Virus record (IMG/VR): IMGVR_UViG_3300010244_000001
Length of the DNA stretch: 64,000 bases
Direction: 5' to 3' (one strand)
Source: a virus
In this document: one piece after another, positions 38,955 through 48,455 of the stretch
Layout of the letters: each line of letters starts with the position of its first letter
Position numbering within the stretch: the stretch's first letter is position 1
Notes under the pieces: generated by a model
The model's database searches: none
Told to the model about the DNA's origin: nothing
Seen by the model: the letters and a program-made list of their open reading frames with translations, nothing else
Translations under genes and position numbers: made by a program

Positions 38955-39290
38955 ATGGCATCATTCAGTGAAGACGAGAAATGGTTAGAGGCTAAGAAGA
39001 TAGTAGGTGCGAACAACTCTTGGATAGATATTATTAGTGTATATAGATATCTAGGAGGTAAGAACGTCTTTGTCTATATAATTGGAGATAAAGACAAAAG
39101 GCAGATTGTAGATATAGTTGATGATGAAAATAACGTTCTACTGATAAGCAAATACGGGGAACCAATTATAGAAGACTATGATACGGTAGAGAAAAGCAGA
39201 AAATCATTCAACTATTCAGAAGACATTGAAGAAAGAACTTATTATATAGCAGGTAAGGAAGCATCAGTAATAGAAGAAAGTCAGAGATAG
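38955..39290 (+). CDS. hypothetical protein, 111 aa
   Basis: ORF preceding the portal gene. Confidence 0.65.
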   Translation: MASFSEDEKWLEAKKIVGANNSWIDIISVYRYLGGKNVFVYIIGDKDKRQIVDIVDDENNVLLISKYGEPIIEDYDTVEKSRKSFNYSEDIEERTYYIAGKEASVIEESQR

Positions 39291-39308
39291 GAAGATGGTG
39301 AAATCATA

Positions 39309-40958
39309 ATGGGAGTCCTTGATTGGCTACCGAATAGAAAAAAGGTAGAAGATAATATTGTCAGGGTTGATGATGATTTATCTAAAGCAATACGTAAAAT
39401 AGAAGATGACCAGATTCAGAAGAGTAAGGGTAACAGTAAAGCAAAAGCATATGAGGAGCCTTTATTAGCTAACTTCTCAATGAACCCAGAGTACAAGGAA
39501 GTTCCTTCAGTAAATGGCATACATAACCTCTTAGAGACCCTCAGAGGTTGGTCTCGTAAGAACATAATCCTAAATTCAATTATAAATACTCGTGTCAATC
39601 AGGTGTCTTTATTTTGTGCTCCAGCCCGTTATAACGAAAAAGGGATTGGATATGAAGTTAGATTAAAAGACCCTTTACAAACACCAAGTACACACGATGA
39701 AGCAAATTTCAAGCGTATTGAGAATTTTCTAGAGCATACAGGGAAAGATACGAAGGACTTTACAAGAGATAATTTCAGAACATTCGTAAAAAAGCTTGTA
39801 AGAGACCGTTTGATTTACGATAAAATTAATTTTGAGCTTACATACGACTCTAAATCAAACTTGAATAATTTTAAGGCTGTAGACGCTTCAACGATATACG
39901 TAGCTGTAGACGAGGAAGGTAGAGAGCCTACTGGAAAGAACGCTTCAAGGTATGTTCAGATTCTTGACAAAGTGAAAGTAGCTGAGTTTAAGGCAGATGA
40001 AATGGCTTGGGAAGTCCATAATCCACGTACAGATGTTACAGTAGGTAGATATGGATACCCAGAGTTAGAGATTGCTATGAATCATCTCCAGTATCATGAG
40101 AATACAGAGATATTTAACGCAAGGTACTTCTCTCAAGGTGGTACTACAAGAGGTCTTCTACATATTAAAACTGGACAAGAACAGTCACAACAAGCTTTGT
40201 CTGCATTCCGTAGAGAATGGCAGTCTATGTTTAGTGGTGTAAACGGAGCCTGGAAGATACCCGTTGTAACTGCTGAGGACGTGAAGTTTGTTAATATGAC
40301 TCAATCCTCTAAAGACATGGAGTTCGAGAAGTGGCTTAACTATCTGATTAACGTTATCTCAAGTTTGTATCAGATAGACCCTTCTGAAATTAACTTCCCT
40401 AACCGTGGAGGTGCTACAGGAAGCTCTGGTAACACTTTAAATGAGAGTGGTACAGAAGAGAAGTTTAGGAACTCTAAAGATAAAGGTCTTGAACCTTTAC
40501 TTAAGTTTATCGAAGACGCAATAAATAAGTATATCGTTTCTCAGTTTGGAGACAAGTATACCTTTAAGTTTGTCGGTGGAGATACTGAAACGGAAGCTGA
40601 GATTATTAACATGCTTGCTGAAAAATCTAAGATTGGTCTTACAATTAATGACGTTCGTGAAGAGCTTGGATACCCTGAAGTTGAGGGTGGAGATGTAACT
40701 CTTGCAGGTGTACACGTACAACGTTTAGGTCAGTTAATGCAAGAAGAGCAGATTCAACAACAGAAACAAATGGAACAACAACAGTTCATAGCCCAACAAA
40801 CAGGATACAATGGAAATATGGATGACGTTAACGGTAAGGATTCATTTAATCAAGGTGTTGGTAAGGACGGTCAGACGAAACAAGAGAACAATACGAACAG
40901 TACTCCTCAAGGTGGACAAGGAGATAATGAAAACGTAACGAATGATTGGGAGATTTAA
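39309..40958 (+). CDS. portal protein (by size and position), 549 aa
   Basis: first large gene of a portal-protease-scaffold-capsid series; Q/N-rich tail. Confidence 0.6.
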   Translation: MGVLDWLPNRKKVEDNIVRVDDDLSKAIRKIEDDQIQKSKGNSKAKAYEEPLLANFSMNPEYKEVPSVNGIHNLLETLRGWSRKNIILNSIINTRVNQVSLFCAPARYNEKGIGYEVRLKDPLQTPSTHDEANFKRIENFLEHTGKDTKDFTRDNFRTFVKKLVRDRLIYDKINFELTYDSKSNLNNFKAVDASTIYVAVDEEGREPTGKNASRYVQILDKVKVAEFKADEMAWEVHNPRTDVTVGRYGYPELEIAMNHLQYHENTEIFNARYFSQGGTTRGLLHIKTGQEQSQQALSAFRREWQSMFSGVNGAWKIPVVTAEDVKFVNMTQSSKDMEFEKWLNYLINVISSLYQIDPSEINFPNRGGATGSSGNTLNESGTEEKFRNSKDKGLEPLLKFIEDAINKYIVSQFGDKYTFKFVGGDTETEAEIINMLAEKSKIGLTINDVREELGYPEVEGGDVTLAGVHVQRLGQLMQEEQIQQQKQMEQQQFIAQQTGYNGNMDDVNGKDSFNQGVGKDGQTKQENNTNSTPQGGQGDNENVTNDWEI

Positions 40959-41061
40959 TTTCTCCTAATCTATTTTCATAACAACGTTGTGATTCTGTTA
41001 TATTACGCTATAGTAAAAACTGAATATCGTAGTATGATATAATAGAAGGGAGTGAGAAGCC

Positions 41062-41865
41062 CTGAATACTGTTGACAATGGAAATAGTAAAGTAGATATT
41101 TTTGTTCCCATAAACATAAACGACTCTATTAAGAAGAGTGAGGAAGACCCTTCCAGTAAATCTTGGTATGTTCGAGGTTACGCTACAACCCCTGATTTGG
41201 ATTTACAGGGTGATATCGTTGACCCTGATGGTCTAGACATTAGTCACTTTATCCGAGAAGGTTGGGTTAACTATGAACACCAACAGGGGGAAGAATATCG
41301 TATAGGTGCTCCTACAGACAAAACATATATCGATAAAAATATCGGTTTATATGTAGAAGCGAAGTTGAACAAGAGCAACCCTCATGCACAATCGGTTTGG
41401 AACTTGGCTAATAACATTGCTAAATCTGGTATTGACAGAAAACTAGGATTCTCCATTGAAGGTATGGCTAAGGAACGAGACAAAACAGACCCTAGGATTA
41501 TCAGAAAAGCATCCATAACGAACATAGCTCTTACAACGAGCCCAGCTAATCCGAATGCAACGTGGGAAACGTTTATGAAGAGTTTCTTAACAGGACATGG
41601 TACTACTCCTGAAACACAAACAGATGCAGCTGCACTTCGAACGGAATCATTTGCTCAGAACTTATATAATCTATCTTTTGCTTATAAAAACCTTGGGGAA
41701 CCTCAAGAGTTTGATAAAGTATGGAGAGAGGTTGGTGGATATCTAGATTCAATGGATAGGTATACTCCAGAAAGTGCAGTAATGTTCCTACAATTATTTA
41801 AAGGGTACTCCAGAAGTGATGCTGTTGCTAAATTAGATAAGATGATTAGTCAAGAAAATAAATAA
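41062..41865 (+). CDS. prohead maturation protease (HK97/S78-like); start uncertain, possibly CTG 41062
   Basis: frame open from 41056; N-terminal ...WYVRGYATTPDLDLQGDIVDPDG typical of prohead proteases lies upstream of track start 41197; SD AAGGGAGTGA at 41046-41055. Confidence 0.6.
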   Translation: MNTVDNGNSKVDIFVPININDSIKKSEEDPSSKSWYVRGYATTPDLDLQGDIVDPDGLDISHFIREGWVNYEHQQGEEYRIGAPTDKTYIDKNIGLYVEAKLNKSNPHAQSVWNLANNIAKSGIDRKLGFSIEGMAKERDKTDPRIIRKASITNIALTTSPANPNATWETFMKSFLTGHGTTPETQTDAAALRTESFAQNLYNLSFAYKNLGEPQEFDKVWREVGGYLDSMDRYTPESAVMFLQLFKGYSRSDAVAKLDKMISQENK

Positions 41866-41884
41866 ATGAAAGGAGCTACATTTC

Positions 41885-42943
41885 ATGAGTGAAAAACAAA
41901 CGTTCTCTAAACTCGTTGAAGAGTTAGACAATTCCACTGAAACTGAAGAACAGGAATTAGAAAAAAACCAAAACACTGAGGAAGAAGAGACGACTGAAGA
42001 GGATAAAGATACGCAGGAAGAAGATACCACTGAGGAAGAAGATACCACTGAGGAAGAAGATACCACTGAGGAAGAGGATACTGATTCCGATTCTGATTCT
42101 GAGTCTGATTCTGAAGAAGATGACGATGATGAAGAAGACGAGGACGATGATGAAGAGGATGTAGAGAAAGCCGAACGTTCTAAGAATGGTAAGGATACCA
42201 ACCAAAGCAAGAACGCAGGAAAAGCCAAAAAGGACCCTGCTAAGGAAACTAGAGACAAAAAGGCTAAACGTAAAAAAGGTAAGAAAGCAGCCGAAAAGGC
42301 AGATAAGGAAACGGACATTGATAATGGTAAGGGTGAAATTAAAAAGTCTGAAGATTCAGATGAGGAAGTTCTGAGTGACCAAGATATTGTAGGTGCTTTT
42401 GAAGCGTTAACTAAATCTTATGGTGCTGTTATTCAAAAGAACGATAAACTTATCCAGAAAGTTGAATCTCTTGAGAAGTCATTAGAAAGTATAGCGGATA
42501 GTGTTCAGACTCTAGTAGAAGACGAATACGAGGATGAAGACGAAGACGAAACTGATGATGGTTCCGAAGAAGAAGAGGATGAGGAAGAAGAAAAAGAGTC
42601 TAAGCCTAAAGGAAAGAAAAAGAAGAAAAAAGACGAGGACTCTGAAGAGGAAGAAGTAGAGAAATCAGAAAAACCTGAGGGTAAATCTGTGAGCTACATT
42701 TCTAAGTCTGAAACAGAAACAGTTGAAGATGCAGAAACGGAAGAAGAGGAGCAAGAGTTTAACCCTAGAGACCATGTTTCCGCAATCGTAGACTATGTAG
42801 TTAAGAACCAATATACTTTAGAACCTAGCACAAAAGCAGTTTACCGTGGGGCAGTACAGCGTGTAAAACGTGGAACTCCAACAGACCAAGATATGGAATT
42901 GTTTCAAGAATTTGCAAAAAGTCAAGAAAATTCCAAAAAATAA
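41885..42943 (+). CDS. highly acidic scaffold-like protein, 352 aa
   Basis: position between protease and capsid; E/D/K low complexity. Confidence 0.6.
   Translation: MSEKQTFSKLVEELDNSTETEEQELEKNQNTEEEETTEEDKDTQEEDTTEEEDTTEEEDTTEEEDTDSDSDSESDSEEDDDDEEDEDDDEEDVEKAERSKNGKDTNQSKNAGKAKKDPAKETRDKKAKRKKGKKAAEKADKETDIDNGKGEIKKSEDSDEEVLSDQDIVGAFEALTKSYGAVIQKNDKLIQKVESLEKSLESIADSVQTLVEDEYEDEDEDETDDGSEEEEDEEEEKESKPKGKKKKKKDEDSEEEEVEKSEKPEGKSVSYISKSETETVEDAETEEEEQEFNPRDHVSAIVDYVVKNQYTLEPSTKAVYRGAVQRVKRGTPTDQDMELFQEFAKSQENSKK
42017..42070 (+). repeat. 18-bp x3 perfect in-frame tandem repeat (EEDTTE), followed by GATTCT-type hexamers
   Basis: GAAGAAGATACCACTGAG at 42017, 42035, 42053. Confidence 0.9.
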
Positions 42944-43092
42944 ACGATACAGTGCTATATTAAGTGAGGAATACCTGATATAGGTTTAACAGGGGGTTTC
43001 TACTCCTCCTACCCCTCTGTTTACTGTAAAACGAAGTAAAAAGTGAATTACTAAACTAATTATAAAATCCAATAGAAGGGAAGATAAAGTAA

Positions 43093-44526
43093 ATGGGTAG
43101 CGAAATTAAAGATAACCAGATTCCAAATGAAGCCAAGACTAAGTTAGACGAAGTTATTTCTAAAACATTTACCACTGGCTATGGTATTTCACCAGAAGGT
43201 CAGCAAGATGCAGCCGCATTAAGACGAGAATCTCTAGATGATGAAGTGAAGATGTTAACTTATGATACAAACGACTTCACCATCTACCCAATGATTAATA
43301 AACAACAAGCACGTTCTACCGTTGAGAAATATTCTATTTTCAACCAACACGGACGTACTGGACATAGCCGATTTGTACGTGAGGTTGGGGTAGCTTCCAT
43401 TAACGACCCTAATATCCGTCAAAGAACGGTTAACATGAAGTTCTTAAGTGATACGAAACAACAATCACTTGCTTCTGGTTTGGTTAACAACATCTCTGAC
43501 CCAATATCTGTATTGACTGACGATGCAATTGCAGTTATTGCTAAGTCAATTGAATGGGGTATTTTCTACGGGGATGCAGCACTTTCTTCTGAAGACGATA
43601 AACAAGCAGGTATCGAATTTGATGGTCTACATAAACTGATTGACCAGAACACAAATATTGTAGATATTCGTGGTGAAACTCTTACAGAAGCAGATTTGAA
43701 CAAAGCATCTGTTATCGTAGGTAAAGGTTATGGACAAGCAACAGACGCTTTCATGCCTATCGGTGTACAAGCTGACTTCACTAACAATTTGCTAGACCGT
43801 CAACGTGCAATTATGCCTTCTCAAAACGGTGGTATGTCTACTGGTTTCACTGTAAACGAGTTCTTATCTACACGAGGTATGATTCGTCTACATGGTTCTA
43901 CAATCATGGAAAACGATAAAGTACTTGTAGAAGATAAGACTCCACAACAAAATGCACCACTACCTCCACAGTCTGTCACTACTACAGTACAAACAGGTGC
44001 ACAAGGTAACTTCCGTGAATCTGACCTTGGTACACAGGCTTATAAGGTAGTTGTATTCTCAGATGAAGCTGAATCAGTAGCTTCTGAAGAAGCAGTAGCG
44101 ACAGTTTCTAATACAACAGATGCAGTACAAATTACGGTTGGTCTACAGTCACTGTACCAAAACCAACCACAATTTATTACAGTGTACCGTCAAGGTGATG
44201 AAACTGGTTACTTCTTCGAGATTGCTCGTATACCAGTAAGCAAAATAAATGAAAATCAACAAATTGTATTTACAGATAGAAACGAAGTTATCCCAGAAAC
44301 AACGGACGTATTCGTTGGAGAGATGAGTCCACAAGTTCTTAGCTTGCTAGAACTTCTTCCAATGATGAGATTACCACTAGCACAAATGAACGCTACTGTA
44401 ACGTTCACAGTACTTTGGTACGGTGCTCTTGCTCTTTACGCTCCGAAGAAGTGGGTACGTATTAAGAACGTTAAATACATCCCTGCACTTGCAGCAGATG
44501 TTACTCCTACTCCTGCACGGTACTAA
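43093..44526 (+). CDS. major capsid protein (by position and size), 477 aa
   Basis: follows protease and scaffold; strong SD; terminator after. Confidence 0.65.
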   Translation: MGSEIKDNQIPNEAKTKLDEVISKTFTTGYGISPEGQQDAAALRRESLDDEVKMLTYDTNDFTIYPMINKQQARSTVEKYSIFNQHGRTGHSRFVREVGVASINDPNIRQRTVNMKFLSDTKQQSLASGLVNNISDPISVLTDDAIAVIAKSIEWGIFYGDAALSSEDDKQAGIEFDGLHKLIDQNTNIVDIRGETLTEADLNKASVIVGKGYGQATDAFMPIGVQADFTNNLLDRQRAIMPSQNGGMSTGFTVNEFLSTRGMIRLHGSTIMENDKVLVEDKTPQQNAPLPPQSVTTTVQTGAQGNFRESDLGTQAYKVVVFSDEAESVASEEAVATVSNTTDAVQITVGLQSLYQNQPQFITVYRQGDETGYFFEIARIPVSKINENQQIVFTDRNEVIPETTDVFVGEMSPQVLSLLELLPMMRLPLAQMNATVTFTVLWYGALALYAPKKWVRIKNVKYIPALAADVTPTPARY

Positions 44527-44580
44527 GCGCACAAGGTAGTTAAGTAGGGAGTACGTATAAAATCGAATAAAAGTTAATAA

Positions 44581-44610
44581 GGGGCAGAGAATTTTCTGTC
44601 CCTTTTTTAT
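44581..44610 (+). terminator. terminator after the capsid gene
   Basis: GGGGCAGAGA...TCTGTCCC plus T6. Confidence 0.6.
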
Positions 44611-44636
44611 TTAACGAATGATAAGGAGAGAAGATA

Positions 44637-44900
44637 ATGTTATTTAATCAGTTTGTAGCAAATAAACAGGTAGCAACAAAGTATGGACAAATTACTTTTA
44701 ATGAAAAAGGTGAGTCTAGAGACCTCAATACTACTGAGCAAAAAGATTTAGGTAAACTACCCGGGTTTAAATACGTAGAAGAAAAGAAACAAGCACCTAA
44801 AACAGAAGACGAAGAACCTAAAAAGGAGACTTCCACAACTTCTAAATCACAGAAAAATACACGAACAGCATCCAAAAAGAGTGAGTCAGAAGAAAAATAA
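44637..44900 (+). CDS. Lys/Glu-rich protein, 87 aa
   Basis: SD AAGGAGAG. Confidence 0.6.
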   Translation: MLFNQFVANKQVATKYGQITFNEKGESRDLNTTEQKDLGKLPGFKYVEEKKQAPKTEDEEPKKETSTTSKSQKNTRTASKKSESEEK

Positions 44901-44922
44901 TAAAGAACGGTGAGGGATAAGA

Positions 44923-45795
44923 ATGATTACAAATGATAATAACGGAAACCCTTACGGACACAATAATGAGAAATTAGTAAAACCAGAAGATGTAAACAAG
45001 TATACACTGGATGATTATGGTTTAACAGTGGAAGCGGTTAAAGCAAACCACTTTGGTGTTGATATAACAGACCCAAGAACAGGACAACATCTACCAGACT
45101 ACTTTTATAAGTCTAAAATAGAGTCTGCTGTAGCCAAAGCAGAAAAAGATTTGGATATTGTTTTACTACCTAGGATATATGACGAACACCACGATTTTAA
45201 CAGAAACGACTTCCAAAGTCATATGTTTCTTCATGCTCATCATAGACCTATTGTTCAACTAGAGGAAGCTACGTTAGAGTACGGAGGACAAATGGTTTTT
45301 GACTACCCTACAAGATGGTGGAGAATATATAATTTATCTGGACATATTCAGATGCTACCTACAATGTTGTTATCTGGAGACCAAGGACCACTAAATTTGG
45401 CACAGGTATATTCAGGGTACCCAATGATTGCAGGGATACCTCACCTTGTCGGAAATCAGACTGCTCCTCAAATGTTCCATATCCAATATGTAGCAGGTAT
45501 GCTACCTCCAGAAAGAAGAGGGGTAGCCTTAGAACACGAAATGCACCCCGACTTATGGGAGTTAATTATTAAAATGACTCTTATTGAAGTATTCGAGCAG
45601 TGGGGACGTTTAATTATTGGTCCGGGTATCGCAAGTATGTCTATGGATATTGATGGTGTAAGACAGAATATTGATACAACTCAGTCAGCAATGTACGGTG
45701 GTGCATCCGCAGAGATTGTACAATTAAATAATGATATTCAAGGTTTAAAAACACGTTTGAAATCCTACTACGGTATGAATTTAGGTATTATTTAA
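44923..45795 (+). CDS. structural protein, 290 aa (head completion or connector region)
   Basis: position. Confidence 0.7.
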   Translation: MITNDNNGNPYGHNNEKLVKPEDVNKYTLDDYGLTVEAVKANHFGVDITDPRTGQHLPDYFYKSKIESAVAKAEKDLDIVLLPRIYDEHHDFNRNDFQSHMFLHAHHRPIVQLEEATLEYGGQMVFDYPTRWWRIYNLSGHIQMLPTMLLSGDQGPLNLAQVYSGYPMIAGIPHLVGNQTAPQMFHIQYVAGMLPPERRGVALEHEMHPDLWELIIKMTLIEVFEQWGRLIIGPGIASMSMDIDGVRQNIDTTQSAMYGGASAEIVQLNNDIQGLKTRLKSYYGMNLGII

Positions 45796-45808
45796 GGAGG
45801 TGTAACCA

Positions 45809-46597
45809 TTGGCAGAAAAACCAACGATGCTACAACAAGTAGCAGCACCAAGTATAAGCCCTGACGTTGTAGATAATCACAACAGAACTACCTCCTTACC
45901 TACTTTGTGGGAAAAGTCCTATCTTTGTCCTTGTAGAAACAAAGCAACCAGACAACCCAATCAGTCCTGTAAACTATGTCATGGACGAGGTATTGCTTAC
46001 TTACCTGCAAAACCCTTAAATGTAACAATACAATCTCAAGAAAAAGGAATAATGAATGCTGACTTAGGATTACTCGATTCAGGTACAGCAATAGGTACCC
46101 CTGATAGAAATTCTCAAGTTTCTTTCAGGGACAGGATTACATTAGAAAATGTTAAGGTATCGCAGTCCTTTATTTTTGATGTAAGTGAAAAGAGGGTAAG
46201 TAATGGTTTCTACATGGTGTATGACGTGAATGAAATTGAGTTTGCTACAACCATGGATGGTGAGATTCGAGAAGGAACTGACTATGAACTTGATTTAAAA
46301 AATAACTTACTCTTTCCTAAGGAGCACTTGTCAGGTAAAAACGTATCCTTAAATATTAAGACTACTTTAAGGTATATGGTGGCTGACTTACTAAAAGAAC
46401 ATAGGTATGCTCCTCAACAAGATGGAACGTTTGAACCTATGCCTCAGAAACTGTTATTGAAACGTGAGGACATATTTGTAGATAAAGAAGCTTTTGAGTT
46501 AGGAACAAACGAAGAAGAAACAGGAGAAATGATAGATACGAAACGACAACCTTCTGTTGATGGACTAAACGGATTCTTTAGGAATGGGGGTATCTAA
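45809..46597 (+). CDS. structural protein, 262 aa
   Basis: SD AAGGAGGTG, TTG 45809. Confidence 0.7.
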   Translation: MAEKPTMLQQVAAPSISPDVVDNHNRTTSLPTLWEKSYLCPCRNKATRQPNQSCKLCHGRGIAYLPAKPLNVTIQSQEKGIMNADLGLLDSGTAIGTPDRNSQVSFRDRITLENVKVSQSFIFDVSEKRVSNGFYMVYDVNEIEFATTMDGEIREGTDYELDLKNNLLFPKEHLSGKNVSLNIKTTLRYMVADLLKEHRYAPQQDGTFEPMPQKLLLKREDIFVDKEAFELGTNEEETGEMIDTKRQPSVDGLNGFFRNGGI

Positions 46598-47230
46598 ATG
46601 CCTAAGCGTTCACAAAGACCTAGTTTGTTTAAGAATGACCAATCGATTAAGAGAAGTATGCAAAATATCGGTGATGCTCTTGTTGATGGTACCCTATCCG
46701 CAGGTATGGATGCAATAAGACAGCAGGATTCTAACGATATAGAGATTAAGAAAAAACCTAAATACTTAGAGGTAACAGAAAGAAGAATGCATAAACTTGA
46801 TGTTATCGATTTAAAACCCTACTTTGCAAGGAGTAGTAAGAAGGAAAGGAAAAAAGACGGTGGATGGTATCTTACGATACCTATTAAAAGAAAAACCCGT
46901 GATATGTCTAGACGAATGTATGACCAACTACGTTCGATTGATATGTCTCCAAATGAGAGACAGACAGTCGTATCCGATTATTTATACGATAGAAGACGTG
47001 ATTCTGATGCAAGTATGCTTAACTATACTCCGAGGTCAAAAAACATTGAGAAACGTAGGAGTGGAAATAATAGACATACCTATACAGCATTTAGAACTGT
47101 TTCAGATGAGTCACCAGCTAATAGTTGGATGATTAATAGACAGAATGTGAATGAGAAAGATACTTCTAAAACATTCGTTAAAAACGTAGATAGGCTTATG
47201 AAATGGAAAATGAAAAATGGTTGGCAGTAA
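46598..47230 (+). CDS. structural protein, 210 aa, basic
   Basis: TAAATG junction with the upstream gene. Confidence 0.7.
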   Translation: MPKRSQRPSLFKNDQSIKRSMQNIGDALVDGTLSAGMDAIRQQDSNDIEIKKKPKYLEVTERRMHKLDVIDLKPYFARSSKKERKKDGGWYLTIPIKRKTRDMSRRMYDQLRSIDMSPNERQTVVSDYLYDRRRDSDASMLNYTPRSKNIEKRRSGNNRHTYTAFRTVSDESPANSWMINRQNVNEKDTSKTFVKNVDRLMKWKMKNGWQ

Positions 47231-47242
47231 GGAGGGAAATAG

Positions 47243-48112
47243 TTGCTACCTAGCATAGATACATATTTACATGGCGAAATAGAGGATAAACTGAAAATTA
47301 TCCAGTCCAGTTGCTATATTATGGGGGAAATACTAAAAGATATCCAACCTGAAGTTGCCCGAAATTTTATAAGAACTTACTGTGGGGATAAGGGTAGAGA
47401 AATACCGATTGTATATACGATGCCTCAAGAGAAAATGCAATTACAAGGCTCCATATACATAGGACTTAGACAAGGTGCTGAAGAACACCAAAGTATAGGT
47501 AACATAGAAGAGACCTACTTCTTTAAGGAAGACGGTGCCATACGAGAAAACGCTATTGTACAAGTTAGTGAAGATAACACAAGACTGTGCTTTGATTTGA
47601 GTAAGGAAATTGGAGAGTTGATTAATGTTGAAGGGTTAGCCTTTTCAGATAGCGACAATGTAACTATTGAAGACGGCAAATTGTATTTTAGATACGACCC
47701 TAACTTAATCGGGACGACCTTCGCAGTACACTATACAGCAGTAGCAGATTCTGATAATGAAGATGTGGACACTGATGAGCAGGGGTTAAAAAAAGGTTTT
47801 TCTACAATTGAGAATTACTCCATACTAGCTCTTTCAACAAATATGGATACAGTCAGGTGTATTGATTTAATCCTCAAAGCAATTCTCATAATGATGAGGG
47901 ACAACCCTAATGAGAAAGGCAACTACCTCCTACAAAGACTACAGTTCGGTCAAATTGATGAGGTAGATACAGAGGTAGGAAATAACAGTGATGCAAGACC
48001 TATGATTCTTTATGGAAGGGAAACGATTGTAACTTATACAACATCCTATAGTTTAGATATACCATTAGAGAACAAAATAAAAGAACTGATTTTAGATGTA
48101 AGCTTAGATTAG
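47243..48112 (+). CDS. structural protein, 289 aa
   Basis: SD GGAGGG, TTG 47243. Confidence 0.7.
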   Translation: MLPSIDTYLHGEIEDKLKIIQSSCYIMGEILKDIQPEVARNFIRTYCGDKGREIPIVYTMPQEKMQLQGSIYIGLRQGAEEHQSIGNIEETYFFKEDGAIRENAIVQVSEDNTRLCFDLSKEIGELINVEGLAFSDSDNVTIEDGKLYFRYDPNLIGTTFAVHYTAVADSDNEDVDTDEQGLKKGFSTIENYSILALSTNMDTVRCIDLILKAILIMMRDNPNEKGNYLLQRLQFGQIDEVDTEVGNNSDARPMILYGRETIVTYTTSYSLDIPLENKIKELILDVSLD

Positions 48113-48125
48113 AGAGGTGAGCATT

Positions 48126-48431
48126 ATGGCTGAAGTAGATAAATATAAAGGAAACGAAACAGAAGAAGAACTAAACCAGCCAGAAGTATCAGATAGTTAT
48201 GAAAGTAATAGCACAAATGAGTCTACAAAGCCTAAGAAGGCTAAAGATAAAAAACCTAAACCAATTAAGCCTTATGTACACATTGATACCTTCTTACAAA
48301 CAGCTATAGAAGTGTTTGACATTAGTAATGTTCAAGCACAAGGATTCAAAGCTAAGATGAGAGGGAACCATTATCAACGTGATGAAAAGGTTTTTGTAGA
48401 AGAACTTAAGAAGTACCTTAATTTAAAATAA
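48126..48431 (+). CDS. hypothetical structural-module protein, 101 aa
   Basis: SD GAGAGGTGA then ATG 48126. Confidence 0.65.
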   Translation: MAEVDKYKGNETEEELNQPEVSDSYESNSTNESTKPKKAKDKKPKPIKPYVHIDTFLQTAIEVFDISNVQAQGFKAKMRGNHYQRDEKVFVEELKKYLNLK

Positions 48432-48455
48432 TCACATAGAAAGGAAGATAAAGAC

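Noticed and set aside
41833-42318. 161-aa poly-Ser ORF on the minus strand
   Set aside because: It is the antisense image of the GAA/GAT-rich acidic repeats of the scaffold-like gene and has no translation signals.
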